Shown here piece by piece: positions 10,025-17,853 of a DNA stretch of 32,000 nucleotides (position 1 is its first letter; the number at the start of each line of letters is the position of its first letter). The notes under the pieces were generated by a model. That model ran no database searches. It was not told where the DNA came from and saw only the letters and a program-made list of their open reading frames with translations. Origin of the DNA: Nitrososphaerota archaeon (GTDB taxonomy: Archaea; Thermoproteota; Nitrososphaeria; Nitrososphaerales; Nitrosopumilaceae); the NCBI GenBank assembly GCA_022564515.1, contig JADFLH010000002.1:25007-57006 (forward strand), given 5' to 3'. The translations under genes were made by a program, and so were the position numbers.

Positions 10025-11182
10025 TCACTTTTGGTATCCTTTAAGGTAAAATGCAGTTGCACCACCAGCTACAATCACTATCATAATCAAAATAATAATT
10101 GATTCATCAAAATCTGGAATCTCTGATGGAGGAATTTGATTTATTTGTGCCGTGCCAAGAGTAAAAACCAATTCATTTTTTTCTAAATACAATTTGTGAC
10201 CAAACAGATATTTTCCCTCTATCTTATTTCCCGAGTCTGGATCAAAAACCCATCCATCTTGAGAAAGCTCAACTGGAATTTTATCACCGCCAATTATTTT
10301 AGTTTGAAGAACGTTGGCATTAACCTCATTAACAGTAACATTCACAGATGATAAAATTACCACTTGTAAAATTGAATTAAGAGGATAAAAATTGCCTGAA
10401 AAATAATCTGATCTTTTTAGAACATCTATCTTCAAAAATTCTAATGGACTTATCACATCAATATTTGCAGAGTTTGGATAAGAGACCGAAAGCTTTAGCT
10501 GATAAAGAAATGAATTTTCTTTTGAAATCATTGAAAAGGTAACTGCAGAATTTGGTTCTGAAGACAATTTTTTGGCAGTTTCATAAAATCCGCCAGAATC
10601 TCTAATTACTTGGTGAATTAACATTGAAGAAATTTTAGTATACATTGATTCAGTTTCTTCTAATGGCATGGTGTATACTGCTGAAATAGTTCCTATGCCA
10701 GAAATCACTCCCGATGTCTCAAGTACTCGATTCACTTCTCCACTTTGATGAACATAAACAGAATGAAATTCTGCACGGGTATCAAAAACTTCATTCAGAC
10801 TATCAATTAATGAGTCTCCTATCTGCCTTGCACCTTCTTGAATTTCTATAATGCCTTTCTCAGATAGGTCTCTTGAAACATTAATCATAATACAAGATTC
10901 ATCTTGAACTCCAAGAACACATTGTTTTTCACTAGTCAACACAATTGCAATAATTCTTTCATTTTCTCGAATTTTTTGTTCCAGTTCAGATGGGATTTGT
11001 ATTTCTTGATTGCTAGTACTTTGGAGGGTTATTGAGGCAGTTACATTATTTGATAATTGTTGGTCGATGAAAACTTGGGCAGTTTCTTGAAAAGTTGCAA
11101 GCTGTGGTTGTTGTGCATAAACCTCAAAAAAACTGTAAAACAAAAGACAAAATATTGCAGTTAATAGTATAAGTTTGTACAC
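10025..11182 (-). CDS. Secreted, C-terminally membrane-anchored hypothetical protein (385 aa)
   Basis: N-terminal signal-like helix and a C-terminal TM helix (IIILIMIVIVAGGATAFYL) followed by KGYQK. Confidence 0.6.
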   Translation of the reverse strand: MYKLILLTAIFCLLFYSFFEVYAQQPQLATFQETAQVFIDQQLSNNVTASITLQSTSNQEIQIPSELEQKIRENERIIAIVLTSEKQCVLGVQDESCIMINVSRDLSEKGIIEIQEGARQIGDSLIDSLNEVFDTRAEFHSVYVHQSGEVNRVLETSGVISGIGTISAVYTMPLEETESMYTKISSMLIHQVIRDSGGFYETAKKLSSEPNSAVTFSMISKENSFLYQLKLSVSYPNSANIDVISPLEFLKIDVLKRSDYFSGNFYPLNSILQVVILSSVNVTVNEVNANVLQTKIIGGDKIPVELSQDGWVFDPDSGNKIEGKYLFGHKLYLEKNELVFTLGTAQINQIPPSEIPDFDESIIILIMIVIVAGGATAFYLKGYQK

Positions 11183-11214
11183 AAAGTGCTCGTTTTAGTG
11201 CGAAACTATTAATG

Positions 11215-11370
11215 TTACTCGTATAATTTCTCGATTTTAATTATGAATCTATGAAACGGTTCTTCAGCATAATGTTTTTCACAAACAAGTATTGTTTGGT
11301 TTTTTTCAGGGGTGCAATCATATGTAATTTTATACTTTGGCATTTGATTACAGCATCTACAATACTTCAT
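11215..11370 (-). CDS. Small Cys-rich protein (51 aa), below the ORF-track length cut-off
   Basis: My own translation gives MKYCRCCNQMPKYKITYDCTPEKNQTILVCEKHYAEEPFHRFIIKIEKLYE*. It is more protein-like than the opposite-strand track ORF 11251..11442, which is Phe/Ile-rich low complexity. Confidence 0.35.
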   Translation of the reverse strand: MKYCRCCNQMPKYKITYDCTPEKNQTILVCEKHYAEEPFHRFIIKIEKLYE

Positions 11371-11702
11371 CAAGTTAATATCGTAACAAAAAATAAAACA
11401 TTTTCAAGAATTAAAGAATATTTGAAACTTATTCTCTTATAACCTACGCATTAAAAGAAACAAAACAATTCCCAACAACTACCCATTAATCCAAATATCC
11501 AAAATAATAGGAAATCATTCTCAAAATACAGTATAATTTTTGCCAACAGTGAAAATCTTGGAATCTAGAATCAAGATTTAAATTCCATTCATTCTGCACC
11601 AAAAGTGACATCGATTCAAACCGATCGGGGAACAATGACTGGCAGTCTGTGCGTTAGGCTGCCAGCCCCACTTTGTTATAAAATTCCATTTCAAATTTGT
11701 AT

Positions 11703-13484
11703 TTAATTTAGGGTAGATAGTGTCCTAACTTGGTTTTTTATATAATCAAACCCATCCTGCCAGAATTTTGTTGAACGGATATCAATTTGGTATTCTGATA
11801 ATAGAGTTTCAGGCTTTATCGAACCTCCAGCACCAAGGATGCTAGCATAAGAAGATACAAAGTCTTTTCCATCATTTTTGTATCTCTGGAATAGCGAAAG
11901 TGCTAGCAGATTTCCAAAGGAATAGGCATAGCAGTAAAATGGTGAGTGAAAAAAGTGAGGTATACAGTTCCACTCTATCGAAAAATCATCTGTCAACGAA
12001 ACCGAATTACCAAATTGTACTTTAAGATTTTGTAAATATGTTTTCGATAACTCATTAACAGTCGTACTGTTAGCAATTTGTTTATGTGCGTCAATTTCAA
12101 AAATCGTGAAAAAGGATTGTCGCATAATTGTTGCATAAAGATCATCAATTTTTTCAGTCAGCATTAACCTCTTTTCATCATCAGTGATTTTATCTGACAA
12201 ATTATCATACAGTAACAATTCTGAAAATGTAGATGCAGTCTCTGCAAGAGGAAGTGATGCGTCCTGAACAAGAATTGATTTATCTGACGCCAACTGACTG
12301 TGGATTGCATGTCCTAATTCATGAGCTAGTGTAAACACATCTCTTGATTTACCAGTAAAATTGATTAATACATATGGAGTAATATTTGGTGCCAGAGTGC
12401 TACAAAACGCTCCATCTCTTTTTCCAGTTCTGACTTTAGAATCAATGTGATTTTGATCAAATATCTTTTTTGCAAATTCTGATAATTTTGGGCTAAACTT
12501 TGAAAGGGATTCTAAAACTAGTTTAACTGATTTGTCATAAGGGTAATTCTTCTCTTTAATTTTAGTAGTGGGAGCATAAAGATCATATCTTCTCAATTTT
12601 TTTACTTTAAGCATTTTTGCTTTTTGTAAAAAGAATTTTTGAAAAACTGGGGCGTTTATTTTACATACTTGTAACAATGAATTGATAGTTTTCTCACCAA
12701 CATCATTTCCAATATTTCGCATGGAAATTGGAGATGGATATCCTCTAATCTCAATTCCCTCATCTTTCCAATTTAAAACGATGTTTTGATAAATTTCTCC
12801 AAGAACTCCCTTGTTATTTGAAAATTTTGATAATAGTGCTTTGTAAGCTGCCTCCCTTGTCTTGGAGCTTGTGCTCCTAACAAGTGTAGTCAGTACCTCT
12901 CTGGAAAGCTTTTTCTTTTTGCCTTTAACAGTTACCGGATATTCAAATGCATTGGTAATCTTATCATACAATTTTACTAGGGCAGTTACTCCAGTAACAT
13001 CAAGCGTGTTAATTATTCTCTCTTCTGCTTCTGTTAGTGAGTATTTTGCAACTAGCCTTTTATGTCTCAAGTATCCTGATAGTTCTCCAGAATCTTTTAT
13101 CAATCGCTGTGCATTTTTTTCATCTATTCCTCTTTTCCACCACAAATCAAAAAAGAGAATCTGGTTTGAAATGCTTGCGCCAAGCATTGTCATGCGAGTC
13201 ATCAATGATGTCGCTTCATCCGATTGAGTATCCGCAGCATAAGCAAGGGATGAGTAACCCCCTAAAATGCTAATTTTCTCGGTAAGCCCTTCAAGTGAAT
13301 GTAATATCTTTAGAAAATTCTTTGAGGTAATTTTTGATTCTAGTATTTTTTTGTTTTTTTCAAAATCTTTGGCCTTTGTTTGAACGTATTTGATTTGTTT
13401 TTCAAAAACTGGATTTTTTGGATCCTTTACTAATTCTTCAAGATTCCATTCTCCAAGTTTGTATCTCTTCATATTAATTCTCAA
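11703..13484 (-). CDS. pepF: Oligoendopeptidase F (M3B family zinc metallopeptidase)
   Basis: Length of about 590 aa, HELGHAIH zinc motif, and a downstream ETASTFSE (third ligand Glu). The start may instead be the ATG at 13472 (MKRYKLGEW). Confidence 0.9.
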   Translation of the reverse strand: MRINMKRYKLGEWNLEELVKDPKNPVFEKQIKYVQTKAKDFEKNKKILESKITSKNFLKILHSLEGLTEKISILGGYSSLAYAADTQSDEATSLMTRMTMLGASISNQILFFDLWWKRGIDEKNAQRLIKDSGELSGYLRHKRLVAKYSLTEAEERIINTLDVTGVTALVKLYDKITNAFEYPVTVKGKKKKLSREVLTTLVRSTSSKTREAAYKALLSKFSNNKGVLGEIYQNIVLNWKDEGIEIRGYPSPISMRNIGNDVGEKTINSLLQVCKINAPVFQKFFLQKAKMLKVKKLRRYDLYAPTTKIKEKNYPYDKSVKLVLESLSKFSPKLSEFAKKIFDQNHIDSKVRTGKRDGAFCSTLAPNITPYVLINFTGKSRDVFTLAHELGHAIHSQLASDKSILVQDASLPLAETASTFSELLLYDNLSDKITDDEKRLMLTEKIDDLYATIMRQSFFTIFEIDAHKQIANSTTVNELSKTYLQNLKVQFGNSVSLTDDFSIEWNCIPHFFHSPFYCYAYSFGNLLALSLFQRYKNDGKDFVSSYASILGAGGSIKPETLLSEYQIDIRSTKFWQDGFDYIKNQVRTLSTLN

Positions 13485-13496
13485 GTCATTACAAAT

Positions 13497-13754
13497 TCAA
13501 TAATATTCTTCGTGGACATGACACCATTTCCACGATTTTGTAGGCAGAGCTAGCATCACTGGATGTTCAGTATCCTCAAAATGTTTTGCTGCGTATCGTC
13601 CTACTGATGAATCACAACAACCAACATGACCACAAGTAAGACACATTCGGAGTGCAACCCATGGTAAATGTTCTTTTTCACACTCTTCACAACCTTTTGT
13701 GTTTGGTTCAATACTTTCTTTAACTTGGTGAAAATGATTACATAAATCTGACAT
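13497..13754 (-). CDS. UBP-type zinc-finger (zf-UBP) domain protein, 85 aa
   Basis: CEECEKEHLPWVALRMCLTCGHVGCCDSSVGRYAAKHFEDTEHP shows the Cys/His spacing of zf-UBP. It ends 12 nt upstream of pepF on the same strand. Confidence 0.8.
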   Translation of the reverse strand: MSDLCNHFHQVKESIEPNTKGCEECEKEHLPWVALRMCLTCGHVGCCDSSVGRYAAKHFEDTEHPVMLALPTKSWKWCHVHEEYY

Positions 13755-13894
13755 GTGACAGATGTTATGTTTGCAATTTTAAAATGTTAGCTTTACCAAA
13801 TTTTGAAAAATTTAGGTTCAAAAAAATTAGGTTGTTCTAATTAGTTTTTACTAATTTTCAATGTATTTAATTAATGTAAATAATATCATATAGT

Positions 13895-14197
13895 ATGAAT
13901 CTATGGAAAAGATTTTGGAATTGGTATGAGAATAAAATTCTTGGAAGTGTAATAATTATTGCAATCATTCAATTCATACAAATTCCACACATGATTTGGA
14001 ATGCAGACCTTTATTTAGAACTCGGTTTTGTTGCAAGGATTCATCCGGCTTTAGATTGGCTGTTGTATGGAGTAGATCTGATTGAGATCGTTTCAATAAT
14101 AAATGTGGGAATGATTATTTTCAGTTTAATAAAGAAAAGAAAAAAAAGTTACGAAAAACCAATACAGGTATTAGGTTTACAACAGAAAAAACCTTAG
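13895..14197 (+). CDS. Small membrane protein (100 aa)
   Basis: Two or three hydrophobic helices and a basic tail. Confidence 0.45.
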   Translation: MNLWKRFWNWYENKILGSVIIIAIIQFIQIPHMIWNADLYLELGFVARIHPALDWLLYGVDLIEIVSIINVGMIIFSLIKKRKKSYEKPIQVLGLQQKKP

Positions 14198-14409
14198 AAA
14201 ATTTTTCGAGGTTTTGATAAAGAATAGAAAATTAGTAGGACTGATACATACCTCATTTTGTTTACTGTGTTCAAGTATCCATTTTGGATGATGCCCACAA
14301 CAAAGAAGTATAAGCAAATCTGCCTATGCCTCTAGAACTATGATTGTATCATATTGAAATCAAAATTGAGTTCCAAATTCTATATGCGTTGAATATACAT
14401 AAATGAAGA

Positions 14410-15351
14410 TTGCTGCTGTATGTGTGGGTTCTAGTATGTAGCTGGATAGTACTTACTAGTTATTTTTACCAAAACGGGAATAAGTCATTTAGATGTAAAT
14501 TGGCTACTAAAAAAGTTATTTTCGGAAACTATCCAGTTGACGTTAAAAAATATGAAGAGATTAGAGATGAGCTTTTAAAATTTGGTTTGACATCAAATCA
14601 AGTAAAGGTATTTTTTTATCTTGGAAAATTTGGTTCAAAAACGGCAATTGAGATAAGCAGAAATTTAAGAATGCCAAGAACTGAAACGTATCATCTTTTG
14701 TCATCACTTCAAAGTAAAGGAATGGTTATGTCAAGTTTTAATCATCCAACTAAGTTTTCTGCAATTCCATTTGACAAAGCAATGGTTGCTCTTCTCAATG
14801 CAGAATCAGAACGGCTAAAATCTTTAAAAAATTCAGAAGATATCCTAAAAAAACTATGGGCTAAAATTCCTAACTTTGGATCCAGCCTTAATGAGATAGA
14901 AGAAGAGAAATTTCAGATATTAAGAGGTGAAAATCAGGTAAAAAGTAAAATCATGGATATGATTTCTGATGTTGAAAAAAAGTTTTTAATTCTTGGCTGC
15001 GAGGATGATTTTTTGAGATTTTATCGTGCAAATTTCCTTGAACTTTTTGAAAACAGCTCGATCAATTTCAAATTCCTTACTTCCACTTCAGAAAATGCAT
15101 GGTACATTTTTGATGATATTGACAAATCAAAGATAAGACAAGTTGCCAATTCAGTTATAGAAAATCTCTGCTTTCTCATTAAAGATGATAAAGAAATCCT
15201 CATTTTTGTAAAAAATTCGAAAATTATCCAAAAAGAGGTAATTGCACTTTGGACAAATTCTAAATCTTTAATTTATTCTAATATTCTTTTGTTCAAGAGT
15301 TTGTGGTCTATCCAATCAGAATCCATTATAGAACAAAAGATTTCAAAATAG
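14410..15351 (+). CDS. TrmB-family transcriptional regulator
   Basis: LLKFGLTSNQVKVFFYLGKFGSKTAIEISRNLRMPRTETYHLLSSLQSKGMV is a TrmB winged helix-turn-helix. The start is uncertain: no ATG precedes the HTH, and the candidates are TTG 14410, GTG 14422 and TTG 14500. Confidence 0.8.
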   Translation: MLLYVWVLVCSWIVLTSYFYQNGNKSFRCKLATKKVIFGNYPVDVKKYEEIRDELLKFGLTSNQVKVFFYLGKFGSKTAIEISRNLRMPRTETYHLLSSLQSKGMVMSSFNHPTKFSAIPFDKAMVALLNAESERLKSLKNSEDILKKLWAKIPNFGSSLNEIEEEKFQILRGENQVKSKIMDMISDVEKKFLILGCEDDFLRFYRANFLELFENSSINFKFLTSTSENAWYIFDDIDKSKIRQVANSVIENLCFLIKDDKEILIFVKNSKIIQKEVIALWTNSKSLIYSNILLFKSLWSIQSESIIEQKISK

Positions 15352-15463
15352 GTTCAATTCGGACCTAAAATGATGGATGATAGATTCTAACGGATAGTTG
15401 GTATTTCTGGCCTATACTGAGTGATGAAAAGAATTTACTGGTGGGTATTGTGTAGAATTTGTT

Positions 15464-16288
15464 TTGGATTTAAAATCAATCATTGGACTTGGCGTGGCAG
15501 GAAATTTCACCGGTCATCTGGAACAAGCAGGTGAAGCAGAAGATTTTGCAAATATTAAAGTTCAAGACGAAAAGGCGCCAAAGGGCTTGTTTCCTTTTTA
15601 TTCAAATTCCAAAACGGGAAAGTTCATAGAAATTTATCCATTATCATCGAGCAAAATTTCTAGGCCGCCAAAAGGCGAGAGCCTACAAATTGAACCAGAG
15701 GTAGCACTAATTTGCGAAATTTCTTATAATAAGGGTCAAGTCATTGATCTCAAACCAAAAAAATTTACGGCATTTAATGATTGCACCATTCGCAAGCCAG
15801 GAGCTAAGAAGATAAGTGAAAAGAAGAACTGGGGAAAAAACTCAAAGGGTATTTCCTTGACTCATATAGACATTGATGGATTCTCACGCGGAGGTGTAAT
15901 GGATACATACCGCCTTGCCTGTTATTTGAAAAGGGATAACGAATTGCATGAATATGGTATAGATAGTCCTCTTATTGGTTATAGCTATTTTTATGAGAAG
16001 CTGCTCAACTGGATAGTTTTTAAAATGAATACACAGAACGATGAAGGTCCTTTGGAATCCATTGCAATGCATTTGAAAGAGTCCGGATACCCTGCTAATG
16101 CAGTTATAGCGATTGGCTCAACACGCTATACCGAATTCGGCGAAAGTACGTTTCTAGATGTTGGAGATGAGAGTTTCATTATAATTTATGATTCAAAACT
16201 CCATACCAGAAGATCCGTTGAGAAACTTATACAAGATTCAAATTACACTGTTAGTGGGCTATCTATTTTACATCAAATAGTTGTTTGA
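15464..16288 (+). CDS. Conserved hypothetical protein (274 aa), possibly a distant fumarylacetoacetate-hydrolase-like fold
   Basis: Long clean ORF with a TTG start. The N-terminal GLGVAGNFTGHLEQAGE loosely resembles the G.N(Y/F)..H..E motif of FAH-family proteins; this is a weak call. Confidence 0.5.
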   Translation: MDLKSIIGLGVAGNFTGHLEQAGEAEDFANIKVQDEKAPKGLFPFYSNSKTGKFIEIYPLSSSKISRPPKGESLQIEPEVALICEISYNKGQVIDLKPKKFTAFNDCTIRKPGAKKISEKKNWGKNSKGISLTHIDIDGFSRGGVMDTYRLACYLKRDNELHEYGIDSPLIGYSYFYEKLLNWIVFKMNTQNDEGPLESIAMHLKESGYPANAVIAIGSTRYTEFGESTFLDVGDESFIIIYDSKLHTRRSVEKLIQDSNYTVSGLSILHQIVV

Positions 16289-16430
16289 ATTTTTGCCAAA
16301 TACCCCTAGCTAAAGCTCAGTGGACAAGTAATCTTTAATGACTGGAAAACAAACAGCAACCCGTTTCATAAATCTTGGAATCTTTTCAAGAAAAAGAAAA
16401 AGAGGTAGTTCTCCATTCAGGAGAATTTAG

Positions 16431-17567
16431 TTACGTTGCTGGTATTGAATACCATGGCTTGCGTGGCCACATGCCCCATTTCACAATAAGTGAAATTACG
16501 GTAAGGTATATCATGACAATTATTGGTTCGATCCAGTTTGCATTTGCAGTTCCAGGTTCGATTCCCATAGCCGGCTCTACTCCATAGAGAAGTAATGCTC
16601 CTGCTCCTAGAGGCATTATTGCAACGAAGACAAACATGAGACTCCATGATCTTGCTATTGCGCCTCCCAAGTCACGATATGTGCCGTGTGGTTCTTTCCA
16701 CTTGTCTTTTCCTAAATACGTCTGCATACCACCGCAGTACCAATACACCATTCCTTGTAACAGCATAGCACCTATAATGTTACCCAGAGTTACTGGAACA
16801 AGATTATTGAACCATGCTTCACCCCATGTAACTTCGGCACCAGCCCAAATTCCAGCTGACAGGGCAAAATGATTAACGATGCTGTGTTCAAACCCTGTAG
16901 CAAAGAATACTGATACTGGTATTCCGATCAAGACAATCTTGGCGATCACTTCTTGTGTTCTGAAGGCTCCCCATACACCCATGCCAATCATCCAGTTTGC
17001 AAAGATTCCACGGTAGAACAGCTGGTCCCATTGAAGACCGACTGACTTTACAGTAGCGATTTTTGCAAGCATGTTCATAAGTGGAGCTCCTACTGCGCCT
17101 GCTTGATCTGCGCCAATGACAATCATCCATCCAATGACAAATCCTGATATCCAGTGACCTGCATGTGTTATGCCCCATTGATAAAACACCTCTAGCCACT
17201 TTAGTTGACCCGTCATCAGCGATATGCCCGTAGTCATATAGTCCCCAGTTACTAGGTTGGAACCATATATGATGACGAGTACTAATGCGGCGAAGCCGAA
17301 GATGCCGAACATGAGGAACTTTCCAAGTCCTGGAGATAGGTCTGTTGCCACAGTTGACATGACCATCCATGCAAAGAAGGCTGCAAATGCAAGATAACAC
17401 ATTGACTGCCAGCCCATTATTATGCCCTGAGCTGGATTACATTTTGCCTTTGCAACTCCTAAGGTACTTAATGTTTTGATTGTATCCCGTATGCCAAGTA
17501 ATGCTGCATTCATCCGTGGTGGAGGAACATCAGTTGGCGTACTAGGAGGTTCTGTTTGCGTACTCAT
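16431..17567 (-). CDS. Formate/nitrite transporter (FNT) family anion channel with N- and C-terminal extensions (378 aa)
   Basis: FNT signatures are present: NLVTGD, FANWMIGMGVW, GFEHSIVNHF and NLVPVTLGNIIG. About 98 further residues follow the normal C-terminus, with two more hydrophobic helices. The sampled lines are about 45% GC. Confidence 0.85.
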   Translation of the reverse strand: MSTQTEPPSTPTDVPPPRMNAALLGIRDTIKTLSTLGVAKAKCNPAQGIIMGWQSMCYLAFAAFFAWMVMSTVATDLSPGLGKFLMFGIFGFAALVLVIIYGSNLVTGDYMTTGISLMTGQLKWLEVFYQWGITHAGHWISGFVIGWMIVIGADQAGAVGAPLMNMLAKIATVKSVGLQWDQLFYRGIFANWMIGMGVWGAFRTQEVIAKIVLIGIPVSVFFATGFEHSIVNHFALSAGIWAGAEVTWGEAWFNNLVPVTLGNIIGAMLLQGMVYWYCGGMQTYLGKDKWKEPHGTYRDLGGAIARSWSLMFVFVAIMPLGAGALLLYGVEPAMGIEPGTANANWIEPIIVMIYLTVISLIVKWGMWPRKPWYSIPAT

Positions 17568-17636
17568 ACTTCACGTAGCTGACTTTTCTTATTATATAAC
17601 GTTAATTGTATTATTCCGGTTTATATCATCAATTTC

Positions 17637-17656
17637 AGATCTATGTAACTAGATCT
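17637..17656. promoter_or_regulatory. Palindrome AGATCTA-tgtaac-TAGATCT in the divergent FNT/LTD intergenic region; a third AGATCTA lies at 17717..17723
   Basis: Read directly from the sequence. It sits about 40 nt distal to the TATA-like ATTATATAA at about 17592..17600, which is itself about 25-33 nt upstream of the FNT ATG. Confidence 0.5.
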
Positions 17657-17853
17657 TTTATCTACAGTTAGTTGAGCAAAAAATGACAAAAATTTAGAGT
17701 TCGCTTACAATATAAAAGATCTAGCCATCTTATTGACTTTGTAAAGACAACATAAATTCTAATAAAATTCCCCGACATCGGGTAATTTGCATCCAGTCCA
17801 TGCACATGTGTTAAAAAAACCAATTTAAGGCTGTATAATATCACAAAAATGGT

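Noticed and set aside
11251-11442. 63-aa + strand ORF
   Set aside because: Its composition is Phe/Ile/Leu-rich and AT-driven, with no motif. The opposite strand encodes a more protein-like 51-aa Cys-rich ORF. Neither is certain.
11621-11680. tRNA-like GC-rich segment containing GGTTTGAATC (minus strand)
   Set aside because: I could not build an acceptor stem, a 5-bp T stem with a 7-nt loop, or an anticodon arm. It is kept only as an unspecified structured element.
12862-13273. Antisense ORFs within pepF (121 aa and 78 aa). Similar antisense or alternate-frame ORFs occur within ileS (27720..28126, 29086..29640, 30360..30545), sucCD (24897..26148), the helicase (6942..7700), PiT (2449..2964) and others
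   Set aside because: Each is fully embedded in a gene with strong family motifs and has low-complexity or hydrophobic mirror-image composition typical of shadow ORFs.
15361-15463. Possible C/D-box sRNA (ATGATGG / ATGATAG ... CTGA-g-TGATGA)
   Set aside because: A D'-C'-like CTGAgTGATGA pair exists. However, there is no acceptable terminal C box at the right 12-nt guide distance upstream, and no CTGA D box about 12 nt downstream (only CTGG). The spacing does not fit archaeal C/D sRNAs.
16289-16430. Search for an att-type direct repeat of the tRNA-Val 3' end (or an integrase) at the left edge of the GC-rich block
   Set aside because: No copy of the tRNA-Val or tRNA-Thr 3' sequence is visible outside the tRNA genes. 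The similar GGGAT(C/T)TGAACCCATGACC strings at 7962 and 24422 are just conserved T arms. The island call therefore rests on composition and content only.
16888-17400. 170-aa ORF on the minus strand, with further + strand ORFs (16375..16587, 16636..16872) and one further minus-strand ORF (16417..16647), overlapping the FNT gene
   Set aside because: All lie inside, or overlap the 3' end of, the FNT coding region (16431..17567), in alternative frames or antisense. Their products are Cys/Arg/His-rich low-complexity sequence with no motifs, whereas the FNT frame carries all the family signatures. They are open only because the gene is locally GC-rich.
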